Assembly: GCF_900289195.1 (NCBI RefSeq)
Contig: NZ_OMOH01000003.1
Location: 236,697 to 268,696, forward strand
Direction of reading: 5' to 3'
From: Propionibacterium ruminifibrarum
GTDB taxonomy: Bacteria; Actinomycetota; Actinomycetes; Propionibacteriales; Propionibacteriaceae
Length of the DNA: 32,000 nt
Numbering within the stretch: position 1 is the first letter of the stretch; each line of letters starts with the position of its first letter. Position numbers and translations under genes: made by a program. Positions 24,601-32,000 of the stretch are shown in pieces. The notes beneath the pieces are model-generated. The model was not told the DNA's origin. It worked only from the letters and a program-made list of their open reading frames with translations, and did no database searches.

Positions 24601-26342
24601 TCCGCACCATCAGCGCTCTCGTGCGCCTGGCCGGTACCGGGGCCCGTCCGCGCCGCTATCTCGTGCTCGTCATCGCCTACGGTCTCGCCCAGGGCCTGGC
24701 CCTCGTCTCGCTCGTGGCGTTCATCGACGCCCTCGTACGTTCCGACTGGGGACAGGCCCGGGTGAGGGCCGTCGTGCTGCTCGCCCTGGCCGTCGTCTCG
24801 GCCGTCCTGTGCTACCTGCAGGCACGCGCCGGGTATGCCATCTCGCTCGCCATCATGCGGGCTCTCCAGCACCGCATCGGCGACCACGCGGCACGCCTGC
24901 CGCTCGGCTGGTTCGGACGCTCGCGGCCGGGTGAACTCGTCCAGCTCGCGACGGCAGGCGCCGAGACGGTCGGATCCACCACCGCCCACCTCGTCGAGCC
25001 GATGCTCTCGGCGGTCATCGCCCCCGCGGTCGTCGTCGTGGGGCTGGTCTTCTGGGACTGGCGGGTGGCCCTGGCCGGCGCCGTGTTCGTTCCACTCGTC
25101 GGCGTCATCGGGCGTCTCGTGCCGCGACTGAACGCCCGCGCCGATGCGCTGCTCGACGAGGCGGCCTCCGAGGTCAACGGCGCGGTCATCGACTTCGCGC
25201 TCGACCAGCCGCTGCTTCGCTCGACCGGGCGAATGGTCGGTTCCTATCCGCCGCTGGACGAGGCGCTGGACGATTACGCGCGTGCCCACCGGAACAACCT
25301 GTGGCGCACCCTGCCGGGGCTGCTCGTCAACTCGGTCGCCGTCCAGGCCTGGCTCGTCCTGCTGCTGGCCGTGACACTCGCCCAGGCGCTCGGCGGGGCC
25401 CTGTCGGTGCCGGCGGCGATCGGCCTGCTCGTCGTCTCGGCCCGCTTCGTCGATCCCCTCGCCCAGCTGTCCGAGTACGCCACGGCGCTGCGAGCCTCGG
25501 CCGACGCGCTGGGCCGCAGCCAGTCGTTCCTGGCGACGCCGGTGCTGCCCGAACCGGTCGTTCCCGCCGCGCCCGACGCGTCGGCCGGGATGTCTGTCGT
25601 GCTCGACGACGTCGCCTTCGGTTACGCCGATGACGGCCCGCGCGTTCTGTCGGGCGTCGACCTGGTGGCCCGGCCCGGCACGATGACCGCTCTCGTGGGC
25701 CCCTCCGGCGCGGGGAAGACGACGATCCTGCGTCTGATCGCCCGCTTCTGGGACGTGACCGGCGGTTCGGTGCGCATCGGCGGCGTCGATGTCCGTGACC
25801 TCGGCTCGGAGACGGTGATCGACCAGGTGTCCATCGTCTTCCAGGACGTCTACCTGTTCGAGGGGTCGATCCGCGACAACGTGCGGCAGGGTCGCCCCGG
25901 GGCCGGCGACGAGGAGATCCGGCGGGCCATGGCCGCCGCGCGGGTCCTCGAGATCGGCGAGCGGCTGCCGGACGGTCTCGACACCCAGGTGGGGGAGGGC
26001 GGCGCCAGGCTGTCCGGTGGCGAACGCCAGCGGGTCTCCATCGCCCGAGCCCTGCTCAAGGACGCGCCGATCGTCCTGCTGGACGAGGCGACGGCCTCCG
26101 TCGACGCCGAGAACGAGGTGGCCCTGGTGGAGGCCTTCCGGGCGCTGGTCAGGGACCGCACCGTCATCGTCATCGCCCACCGGCTCGAGACCATCGCCGG
26201 AGCCGACCAGATCTGCTTCCTCGAGGCCGGGCGGGTCGTCGAGCGTGGCCGGCACGACGAACTACTCGCGGCAGAAGGCCGTTACGCGGCCTTCTGGCGG
26301 GCCAAGACCCGGGCGTCCTCGTGGCGGCTCGGGGCGCCGTGA
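24597..26342 (+). CDS. ABC transporter fused permease/ATP-binding protein, heterodimer partner 2
   Basis: The ATG overlaps the upstream stop (ATGA at 24597-24600). TMD plus NBD (GPSGAGKTT, LSGGERQRVSIAR, VLLDEATAS). Confidence 0.9.
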   Translation: MIRTISALVRLAGTGARPRRYLVLVIAYGLAQGLALVSLVAFIDALVRSDWGQARVRAVVLLALAVVSAVLCYLQARAGYAISLAIMRALQHRIGDHAARLPLGWFGRSRPGELVQLATAGAETVGSTTAHLVEPMLSAVIAPAVVVVGLVFWDWRVALAGAVFVPLVGVIGRLVPRLNARADALLDEAASEVNGAVIDFALDQPLLRSTGRMVGSYPPLDEALDDYARAHRNNLWRTLPGLLVNSVAVQAWLVLLLAVTLAQALGGALSVPAAIGLLVVSARFVDPLAQLSEYATALRASADALGRSQSFLATPVLPEPVVPAAPDASAGMSVVLDDVAFGYADDGPRVLSGVDLVARPGTMTALVGPSGAGKTTILRLIARFWDVTGGSVRIGGVDVRDLGSETVIDQVSIVFQDVYLFEGSIRDNVRQGRPGAGDEEIRRAMAAARVLEIGERLPDGLDTQVGEGGARLSGGERQRVSIARALLKDAPIVLLDEATASVDAENEVALVEAFRALVRDRTVIVIAHRLETIAGADQICFLEAGRVVERGRHDELLAAEGRYAAFWRAKTRASSWRLGAP

Positions 26343-26365
26343 CGCTCGCCGGCCGACGGCGAGCG
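26343..26365 (+). terminator. Hairpin immediately after the ABC operon stop (possible U-tail-less terminator)
   Basis: CGCTCGCCG (26343-26351), loop GCCGA, then CGGCGAGCG (26357-26365). This is a perfect 9-bp stem with no U tract. Confidence 0.35.
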
Positions 26366-26480
26366 CCGGCCACCATGGTGTGCCCGGCCCGTCCATGCAG
26401 CGGCCACGCGCCCGCTTTCAGGCGGGTCGCCGGGGGTGTCGCAGGGCCCGCCCGCGCGGTGTCCACGGCCGCCGAGGATT

Positions 26481-26509
26481 TTCGCCGACGGCCCGGGGAC
26501 GGGTAGACT
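26481..26509 (+). promoter_or_regulatory. Candidate promoter of the bS22 gene
   Basis: TTCGCC (26481-26486), a 17-nt spacer, then TAGACT (26504-26509), about 90 nt upstream of the bS22 GTG. Confidence 0.3.
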
Positions 26510-26600
26510 CATGCCGTTGCCGTCGGGGGCTCGGCCGTCGGGTCGCCGTCCCCGGTGAGGAAGACATCGGGTCAAGGCCCAAGACAACGAAAGGTCCACA

Positions 26601-26702
26601 GTGGGTTCGGTCATCAAGAAGCGTCGCAAGCGCATGGCTAAGAAGAAGCACCGCAAGCTTCTCAAGAAGACACGTATTCAGCGCCGCCGCGCCGGCAAGT
26701 AA
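26601..26702 (+). CDS. 30S ribosomal protein bS22 (33 aa, actinobacteria-specific)
   Basis: It is not in the ORF track because it is too short. GTG at 26601 with GAAAGG 8 nt upstream. Translation: [33 protein letters not shown], stop TAA at 26700-26702. It is near-identical in pattern to the mycobacterial Rv0500B/bS22 peptide. Confidence 0.9.
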   Translation: MGSVIKKRRKRMAKKKHRKLLKKTRIQRRRAGK

Positions 26703-26807
26703 GTGGTCTTCTGACTCCCACTGCACCGGGCCGGTCCCGCGTGACCAGCTCATCACATGCCTGCCGGGGCGTTGTTCGTGCGCCCGATTGCATGAGAGGG
26801 GCCCGCA

Positions 26808-28412
26808 ATGAGCCAGCCAATGAATCAGGACAGCAGAGGCACCGATGACGAGCCCGAGCGTGCAGGCATCGCCGGTCGCGTCATCTTCGCCGGCGCCCTG
26901 CCGAACGCGGTCCACCAGCTGACCCTGTCCTGCCTGCGTGCCGTCGAGCGCGCGGACGTGCTCATCACGAGCACGATTCTTCACGAGGCCCTCCAGGACG
27001 CCGACGTCGTCACCAAGCCCGGCTGCCGGCTCGTCCTCGACACGAACCGGCCGGTCGAACTGGAGCAGAGGCACGCCGCCGAGGGCCGCACCGTGGTGCG
27101 CCTGGTCGAGGGCGACCCCCTGTTCGAGGGCGGCATCGCCGACGAGGCCAGCGCCTGCTCCCTGGCGGGCCACGCCATCGAGATCCTGCCGGGCGTTCCG
27201 ACACTCACCGCCGCGGCCGGATTCGCCGGCGTGCAGCTGGGCAACTGCCCGGCCCGCCTGGTGCTCGTCAGCCCCGGCGACGAGCAGGTCCAGCTTCCCG
27301 CGCTCGGCGAACTCGCCGTGCGATGCGAGCTGCGCCAGGTTCCGGCCGTCGCCCGAGCCGCGCTCGATGCGGGCAGGAACGACCGTGAGCGGACCCTGCT
27401 GACCCTGGCAGGCGGCACCTTCCGCCAGGAGACCCGCTCCGGCGCCCTCAACGACTTCACCAAGGTGGCCGTTCCGGACGAGGACGGCGAGCAGCCGGTC
27501 TACCTGTTCATCGGTGACGGGCTGGCCGAGCGGAAACCGGGCCTGGACTGGTTCGAGACCCAGCCGCTGTTCGGATGGCGGGTCCTGGTGCCCAGGACGC
27601 GCCAGGACTGCAGCGAGCTCATCGAGCGGCTGGCGTCCTACGGGGCGACCGCCGAGGAGGTGGCGACCATCGCCGTCGAGCCGCCCCGCAACCCGGCCCA
27701 GCTCGACAAGGCCCTGCGTGGCCTGGTCGACGGGCGCTACGAGTGGATCATCTTCACCAGCCGCCACGCCGTCAACGCCGTCTTCGAGAAGATCAGCCAG
27801 TACGGCCTCGACTCGCGGGCCCTGTCCGGCCTGCGCATCGCGGCCGTCGGCCAGGACACCACCGAGGCGCTCACCAGCCACGGCGTCGTCCCCGACCTGC
27901 ACCCCACCGATGTGCGCACCGTCGCCGGCCTCGCCGCGGCCTTCCCCGCCTTCGACGACGTGCTCGACCCGATCAACAAGGTCTTCATCCCCCGCGCCGA
28001 CATCGCCACCGAACCGCTGTCGGCCGGCCTCACCGAGCTGGGCTGGGACGTCGACGACGTCATCGCCTACCGCACGGTGCGCGCCGCCCCGCCGCCGGCC
28101 CCGGTGCGGGAGGCCATCAAGACGGGCCACTTCGACGCCGTGGCCTTCACGTCCAGCACCACCGTGCGCAACATGGTCGGTATCGCCGGCAAACCGCACA
28201 ACCTCTCCGTCATCGGGGCCATCGGCCCGGCCACCGCGGACACCTGCGGCGAGCACGGCATCCGCGTCGACACCGTCGCCGCCTACCCGGGCCAGGTGCA
28301 GCTCGCCGACGCCCTGGCCGCCTTCGCCACCAGGCGCGCCGAGGAACTGCGGGCCGCCGGCAAACCGGTCGTGCGGCCCTCCCAGCGCCGCCGACGACGC
28401 AGCGCCCGCTGA
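26808..28412 (+). CDS. hemD: Uroporphyrinogen-III synthase (HemD) with an N-terminal tetrapyrrole-methylase-like domain
   Basis: The C-terminal half has the HemD pattern (GWRVLVPRTRQD..., YEWIIFTSRHAV, FDAVAFTSSTTV). The N-terminal roughly 250 aa resembles a TP-methylase fold (VRLVEGDPLFEGG, EILPGVPT), but the GxGPGD loop reads GALPNA. SD GAGAGGGG lies upstream of the ATG at 26808. Confidence 0.85.
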   Translation: MSQPMNQDSRGTDDEPERAGIAGRVIFAGALPNAVHQLTLSCLRAVERADVLITSTILHEALQDADVVTKPGCRLVLDTNRPVELEQRHAAEGRTVVRLVEGDPLFEGGIADEASACSLAGHAIEILPGVPTLTAAAGFAGVQLGNCPARLVLVSPGDEQVQLPALGELAVRCELRQVPAVARAALDAGRNDRERTLLTLAGGTFRQETRSGALNDFTKVAVPDEDGEQPVYLFIGDGLAERKPGLDWFETQPLFGWRVLVPRTRQDCSELIERLASYGATAEEVATIAVEPPRNPAQLDKALRGLVDGRYEWIIFTSRHAVNAVFEKISQYGLDSRALSGLRIAAVGQDTTEALTSHGVVPDLHPTDVRTVAGLAAAFPAFDDVLDPINKVFIPRADIATEPLSAGLTELGWDVDDVIAYRTVRAAPPPAPVREAIKTGHFDAVAFTSSTTVRNMVGIAGKPHNLSVIGAIGPATADTCGEHGIRVDTVAAYPGQVQLADALAAFATRRAEELRAAGKPVVRPSQRRRRRSAR

Positions 28413-28499
28413 ACGAACGTCCCAGCCCGGGCGCGCGTCCTCCGCGCAGAAGACCTGTGCCGGCCCGCGAGGCGGCCCGAGAAGACCCGAGGAGCAGCC

Positions 28500-29156
28500 A
28501 TGAGCGACCCGACCGTCGTCCACGTCATGCGGCACGGCGAGGTGCACAACCCCGACGGCATCCTGTACGAGCGCCTGCCGGGCTTCCGGCTGTCGGCCAA
28601 CGGCCTGGCCATGGCCGAGGCGGTCGCCGAGTCCTTCGCCGAGGTGCCGCTGACGCACCTGCGCACCAGCCCGCTGCAGCGCGCCGTGGAGACCATCGCC
28701 CCCTTCGCCGCGACCCGCCCCGAACTCGAGGTCGTCACCGACGAACGCCTCATCGAGGCCGGCAACCGCTTCGTCGGGCAGGTCTTCGGCAAGCACCACG
28801 CGGCCCTGAAGAAGCCCCGCAACTGGCCGATGATGCTCAACCCGTTCAAACCCAGCTGGGGCGAGCCGTTCACCGAGATCGCGGCCCGCATGCGGGCCGC
28901 CCTCGTCGACGCCGCCAGGGCGGCCGGCCCCGGCGGGCAGGCGCTCGTCGTCTCGCACCAGTCGCCGATCTGGACCGTCCGCCGCGCCCTCGAGGGCAAA
29001 CGGCCGGCGCACCTGCCGGGCACCCGCAGCTGCGCGCTGGCCTCGGTCACCAGCTTCAGCTTCGAGGGCGACCGTTGCGTCGCCATCACCTACTCCGAAC
29101 CCGCCGCCCACCTGTTCGGCGCCGACGCGAACGCCGCGTTCAGCTCCGGGGACTGA
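28500..29156 (+). CDS. Histidine phosphatase family protein (phosphoglycerate-mutase-like)
   Basis: VVHVMRHGEVHNP (RHG catalytic motif), TSPLQRAVET and VVSHQSPI (second His). SD GAGGAGC lies upstream. Confidence 0.85.
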   Translation: MSDPTVVHVMRHGEVHNPDGILYERLPGFRLSANGLAMAEAVAESFAEVPLTHLRTSPLQRAVETIAPFAATRPELEVVTDERLIEAGNRFVGQVFGKHHAALKKPRNWPMMLNPFKPSWGEPFTEIAARMRAALVDAARAAGPGGQALVVSHQSPIWTVRRALEGKRPAHLPGTRSCALASVTSFSFEGDRCVAITYSEPAAHLFGADANAAFSSGD

Positions 29157-29188
29157 GCGGCGCTCCGCGGGCCGAACCGCGCCCGCGC

Positions 29189-30106
29189 TCAGGCGTAGCG
29201 CCTCGCCACGGCAACCGTCTCGGCGCCGTACGGGCCGCCGAAGAGGAAGGCGTGGATGATGAGCATGTGGAGCTGGTGCAGCCCCACCCTTTCGCGCCAG
29301 CCGTCGGCGAGCGGGGAGACCTCGTCGTAGCCGGCGACGATCCGCTCCAGGTGCCGCTGACCGAAGACGCCGAGCGCCGCCAGGTCGGTCTCGGCGTGCG
29401 CCCCCTGGGCGAGCGGGTCGATGAGGACGCCGACGACGTCCCCGCGCAGCTGCTCCCCGGTGCCGCTGGCCGGCCCCAGCCCCGCCCGCGCGGGCGCCCA
29501 GTCGAGGCTCTCGGGGCGCGGCACCCACAGGACGTTGCCGGTCCACAGGTCCCCGTGGGTGCGGGCGACCGCGACCCGGTCGCCTCGCTCGCGGGCCGCC
29601 CGGGCCACCAGCTCCGGCTGGTCCGCGTCGAAGTCCCCGTCGCGCAGCCGCGCGCACACCCGCTCGATGACGGCGACGCCGGCGGCGCTCAGCGCCCCGC
29701 GGTCGCGGCAGGGCCGCAGGTAGGGGGCGAGGCGGTCGTCGGCGAAGAACTCGCCCCACCGGCGCGGCTCGGTGCCCTCCGGCTCGGGCTCGCAGGGCCG
29801 GATCCGTACGTCAGAGTTGCCCATCCGGGTGCGACCGTCCCAGCCGGGCGGGGCGACGCCGAAGGCCGGGGCGCCCGCGGCGTGGGTGACGGCGAGGGCA
29901 CGCCCGAAGGCCTCCGCGGCATCGGCGGTCACCGAGCCGGAGGGCAGGCGGGGCTCTTCGAGCCAGCCCGGGCCGCTGGTCACCGGGACCACATGGGCGC
30001 CGCCGCCGGCCATCGGCTCGGCGAGCCAGGCCAGGCCCAGCGCCTCCAGGCCAGTCGCGCCGGGGTAGTCGTCCTGCTTGCGGATCGTCGGGTTCGTCCT
30101 GCTCAT
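29189..30106 (-). CDS. Fructosamine/ketosamine kinase family protein
   Basis: The kinase-like catalytic loop THGDLWTGNVLW and IDPLAQGAHAETDLAAL match the fructosamine-kinase family pattern (HGDLWxGN, DPA..GHxExDLA). SD GGAAGGA lies upstream of the ATG at 30106. Confidence 0.8.
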   Translation of the reverse strand: MSRTNPTIRKQDDYPGATGLEALGLAWLAEPMAGGGAHVVPVTSGPGWLEEPRLPSGSVTADAAEAFGRALAVTHAAGAPAFGVAPPGWDGRTRMGNSDVRIRPCEPEPEGTEPRRWGEFFADDRLAPYLRPCRDRGALSAAGVAVIERVCARLRDGDFDADQPELVARAARERGDRVAVARTHGDLWTGNVLWVPRPESLDWAPARAGLGPASGTGEQLRGDVVGVLIDPLAQGAHAETDLAALGVFGQRHLERIVAGYDEVSPLADGWRERVGLHQLHMLIIHAFLFGGPYGAETVAVARRYA

Positions 30107-30284
30107 GACAGCATCCTTCCACGCGGCCGGCCCTCCGCCGGGTCACGGCAGCGCCGGGCAGGCCCCGCCGGACGCGGCCGGCCGGGGGAGCGGCGACCGG
30201 CGCCCCGATGATGGACGTCCCGGCGAGGACGGCCGCGCAGCTGTGCGACCATGGGGCCGAGAACCCACCCGGCAGGAGAGACAC

Positions 30285-30797
30285 GTGAGTACACCCCAGC
30301 AGCCGACTCCCGAGGAACGTTTCGAGCGGGCCGTCAAGGGCCTGAGTGAGCTGCCCCCGACCGGCGCCGTCACCTTCCGCGGCATCACGAGCCCCCAGGG
30401 CACCGCGTTCGGTGCCGTGGTGACCCGGGGCATCACCGCAACCAGCCGAGACCTCGTCGTCGCCACCGCCGGGCTGACCAGCCCGGGCCTCGCAGTCGTC
30501 ATCGGACACACCGGGCGGGACGTTGCGCCGGTGTCCGCGGTCCGGGAGGCCCAGGAGGTGGCGCTGCTGCCCGGCACGGTGCTGTCCGTGGGCCGGTTCA
30601 TCCAGGTCGCCGGGATCGACGTCGAGGTGATCGAGGAACTCACCCGCACCGAGGACGGCCGGTGGGCGACCAGCCTCGCCAACGAGGCGATCGAGGGCCT
30701 GGCGAGCGTGGTCGCCACCACCCTCGCCAACGCCCAGGGCGTCCCGTGCCCCGTCGATGTCGACTACTGCCGGCGGTTCGCCGCCCCGCTCGCCTGA
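30285..30797 (+). CDS. Hypothetical cytoplasmic protein (170 aa) with an R-S-E / ARTT-like motif set
   Basis: GTG at 30285 with AGGAGA 5 nt upstream, in frame inside ORF 30078..30797. There is no signal peptide or TM segment. Motifs: TFRG (R32), ITATS (52-54) and GHTGRDVAPVSAVREAQEVALLPGT (74-98). Confidence 0.6.
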   Translation: MSTPQQPTPEERFERAVKGLSELPPTGAVTFRGITSPQGTAFGAVVTRGITATSRDLVVATAGLTSPGLAVVIGHTGRDVAPVSAVREAQEVALLPGTVLSVGRFIQVAGIDVEVIEELTRTEDGRWATSLANEAIEGLASVVATTLANAQGVPCPVDVDYCRRFAAPLA

Positions 30798-30842
30798 TTC
30801 CTGGTGGGTGATGACCCGTCTGCCCTCAACGCGGGGCTCAAT

Positions 30843-30880
30843 CCTGCGGTTCTCGTGTGTCATTCCACGAGAGCCGCAGG
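30843..30880 (+). terminator. 15-bp stem hairpin downstream of the hypothetical gene (possible terminator)
   Basis: CCTGCGGTTCTCGTG (30843-30857), loop TGTCATTC, then CACGAGAGCCGCAGG (30866-30880). There is one U-G wobble and no U tract. Confidence 0.35.
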
Positions 30881-30971
30881 ACCAATCCGCTGGGCGGCCC
30901 AGGACGCCGGCCGTCTCCGAGGCGGGTCGTCCGCTCGGGTCTCACCGCTGGTCCGTGCAAGGATATGGGGC

Positions 30972-32000
30972 ATGGCCCAAGAGCACTTCGACATCTGCAT
31001 CATCGGTTCAGGGTCGGGCAACTCGATCATCGACGAACAGTTCGACGACAAGGCGATCGCCCTCGTCGACCGCGGTGTCGGCGAGGACCTGTGGTTCGGC
31101 GGAACCTGCCTGAACGCGGGGTGCATCCCCACGAAGATGATGGCGGCGCCCGCCACCATGGCCGCCACCGGCGAGCACGCCGGGCGGCTGAACGTGGACC
31201 TGCACGTGGACGGCGTCGACTTCGCCGCGCTCCAGCAGCGCGTCTTCGGCCGGACGAACGGCATCTCGCAGGCCGGGCTGGCCTGGCGCGAGTCCAACGA
31301 GAACGTCACCGTGCTGCGCGAGGCCGCCGCCTTCGTCGACGAGCACACCCTCCAGGTGGGCCGCCAGACGATCACCGCGGCCCAGTTCGTCATCGCCGCT
31401 GGGTCACGCACCCGGGTGCTGGACGTCCCGGGCCTGGACGACCCCGACCTGGCCGGCATGGTCCACACATCCGAGACGATCCTGCGCATCAAGCAACTGC
31501 CCGGGCGCCTGGTCATCGTCGGAGGCGGCGTCGAGGCCCTCGAGTTCGGCCACATCTTCACCTCCTTCGGATCCCGGGTCACGCTGGTCAACCGCTCCGA
31601 CCGGCTGCTGCGCAAGATCGACGAGGAACTCGCCCGGCGCGCCACCGAACTGGCCGCCCAGCGCTTCTCGGTGCGCCTCAACCAGGAACTCTCCTCCGTC
31701 GAGCCGGCCAAACGCGGCGGCCTGCTGCTGCGCTTCACCGACCCCTCCGGCACCGAGTACCGCTACAACGCCGACGCCCTGCTCCTCGTCCCCGGCAGGG
31801 TGCCCAACGGCGACCAGCTCAACGTGACGGCCGCCGGCGTCGACGTCGACGCGGCGGGTTTCGTCGTCACCGACGAGTACCAGCGCACCAGCCGGCCGCA
31901 CATCTGGGCCCTCGGCGACGTCTGCGACCCCCACATGCTCAAGCACGTGGCAAACGCCGAGGCCCGCACCGTGCAGCACAACCTGCTGCACCCCGACGAG
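30972..32000 (+). CDS. mtr: Mycothione reductase-like pyridine nucleotide-disulfide oxidoreductase (3' end outside window)
   Basis: It is absent from the ORF track because there is no stop within the window. ATG at 30972 (AAGGA 8 nt upstream). MAQEHFDICIIGSGSGNSI (FAD), the redox-active disulfide GGTCLNAGCIPTK, and LVIVGGGVEALEFG (NAD(P)H). The frame stays open to base 32000. Confidence 0.8.
   Translation, partial: MAQEHFDICIIGSGSGNSIIDEQFDDKAIALVDRGVGEDLWFGGTCLNAGCIPTKMMAAPATMAATGEHAGRLNVDLHVDGVDFAALQQRVFGRTNGISQAGLAWRESNENVTVLREAAAFVDEHTLQVGRQTITAAQFVIAAGSRTRVLDVPGLDDPDLAGMVHTSETILRIKQLPGRLVIVGGGVEALEFGHIFTSFGSRVTLVNRSDRLLRKIDEELARRATELAAQRFSVRLNQELSSVEPAKRGGLLLRFTDPSGTEYRYNADALLLVPGRVPNGDQLNVTAAGVDVDAAGFVVTDEYQRTSRPHIWALGDVCDPHMLKHVANAEARTVQHNLLHPDE

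Noticed and set aside
22813-26255. Minus-strand ORFs of 558 aa (22813..24489) and 579 aa (24516..26255)
   Set aside because: They are antisense to the two ABC permease/ATPase genes, which contain complete Walker A, signature and Walker B motifs. Neither has a recognisable domain.
16103-26600. Looked for integrase, transposase, tRNA attachment site or flanking direct repeats bounding the accessory block
   Set aside because: None could be found by eye. The only shared words (for example GGATTTT at 16191 and 26475) are too short to call. The block is therefore reported as a synteny break, not as a defined mobile element.
26418-29759. The largest ORF in the window, 1113 aa on the minus strand
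   Set aside because: It is antisense to bS22, hemD, the histidine phosphatase and part of the fructosamine kinase gene. Its translation is Arg/Gly/Ala/Pro-rich low-complexity sequence with no motifs. Long stop-free antisense frames are expected at this GC content, and the plus-strand genes carry clear catalytic motifs.
30860-31753. 297-aa minus-strand ORF
   Set aside because: It is antisense to the mycothione-reductase-like gene, whose FAD and redox-disulfide motifs are unambiguous.

Overview
This is a high-GC actinobacterial chromosomal window (synteny resembles Mycobacterium/Propionibacteriales-type genomes). It is densely coding, and many genes are joined by ATGA/GTGA start-stop overlaps. 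Most long ORFs in the six-frame track are antisense or N-terminal-extension artefacts of the GC bias. I accept about 30 CDS. Core genes: clpC (5' truncated), type I aroD, a TPP-riboswitch-controlled YkoEDC-type ECF importer with a coupled P-loop kinase-like gene, a divergent arsR-family/Old-Yellow-Enzyme pair, mutY, a membrane-anchored protein, radA, proline dehydrogenase coupled to a CPBP protease, and asd-proC. After the accessory block come a 33-aa bS22 ribosomal protein gene (missing from the ORF track), hemD, a histidine phosphatase, a fructosamine-kinase-family gene, a small hypothetical protein with an ADP-ribosyltransferase-like motif, and a 3'-truncated mycothione-reductase-like gene. 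Between proC and bS22, which are near neighbours in mycobacteria, lies a ~10.4 kb accessory block. It holds a second ECF transporter, an AraC regulator, two ABC permease/ATPase genes and the most interesting gene of the window. That gene is an 821-aa in-frame fusion of a COG1373-type ATPase (AAA_14 + DUF4143 wHTH + PD-(D/E)xK-like module), a TIR domain that retains the catalytic-Glu motif, and an uncharacterised helical tail. It is preceded by an unusual 23-bp repeat / perfect 17-bp inverted repeat that abuts a probably leaderless start codon. I propose it as a candidate single-gene NAD-targeting defence system. I found no tRNA, rRNA, CRISPR array, transposase or integrase. All domain calls rest on motifs read by eye from the translations, not on database searches.
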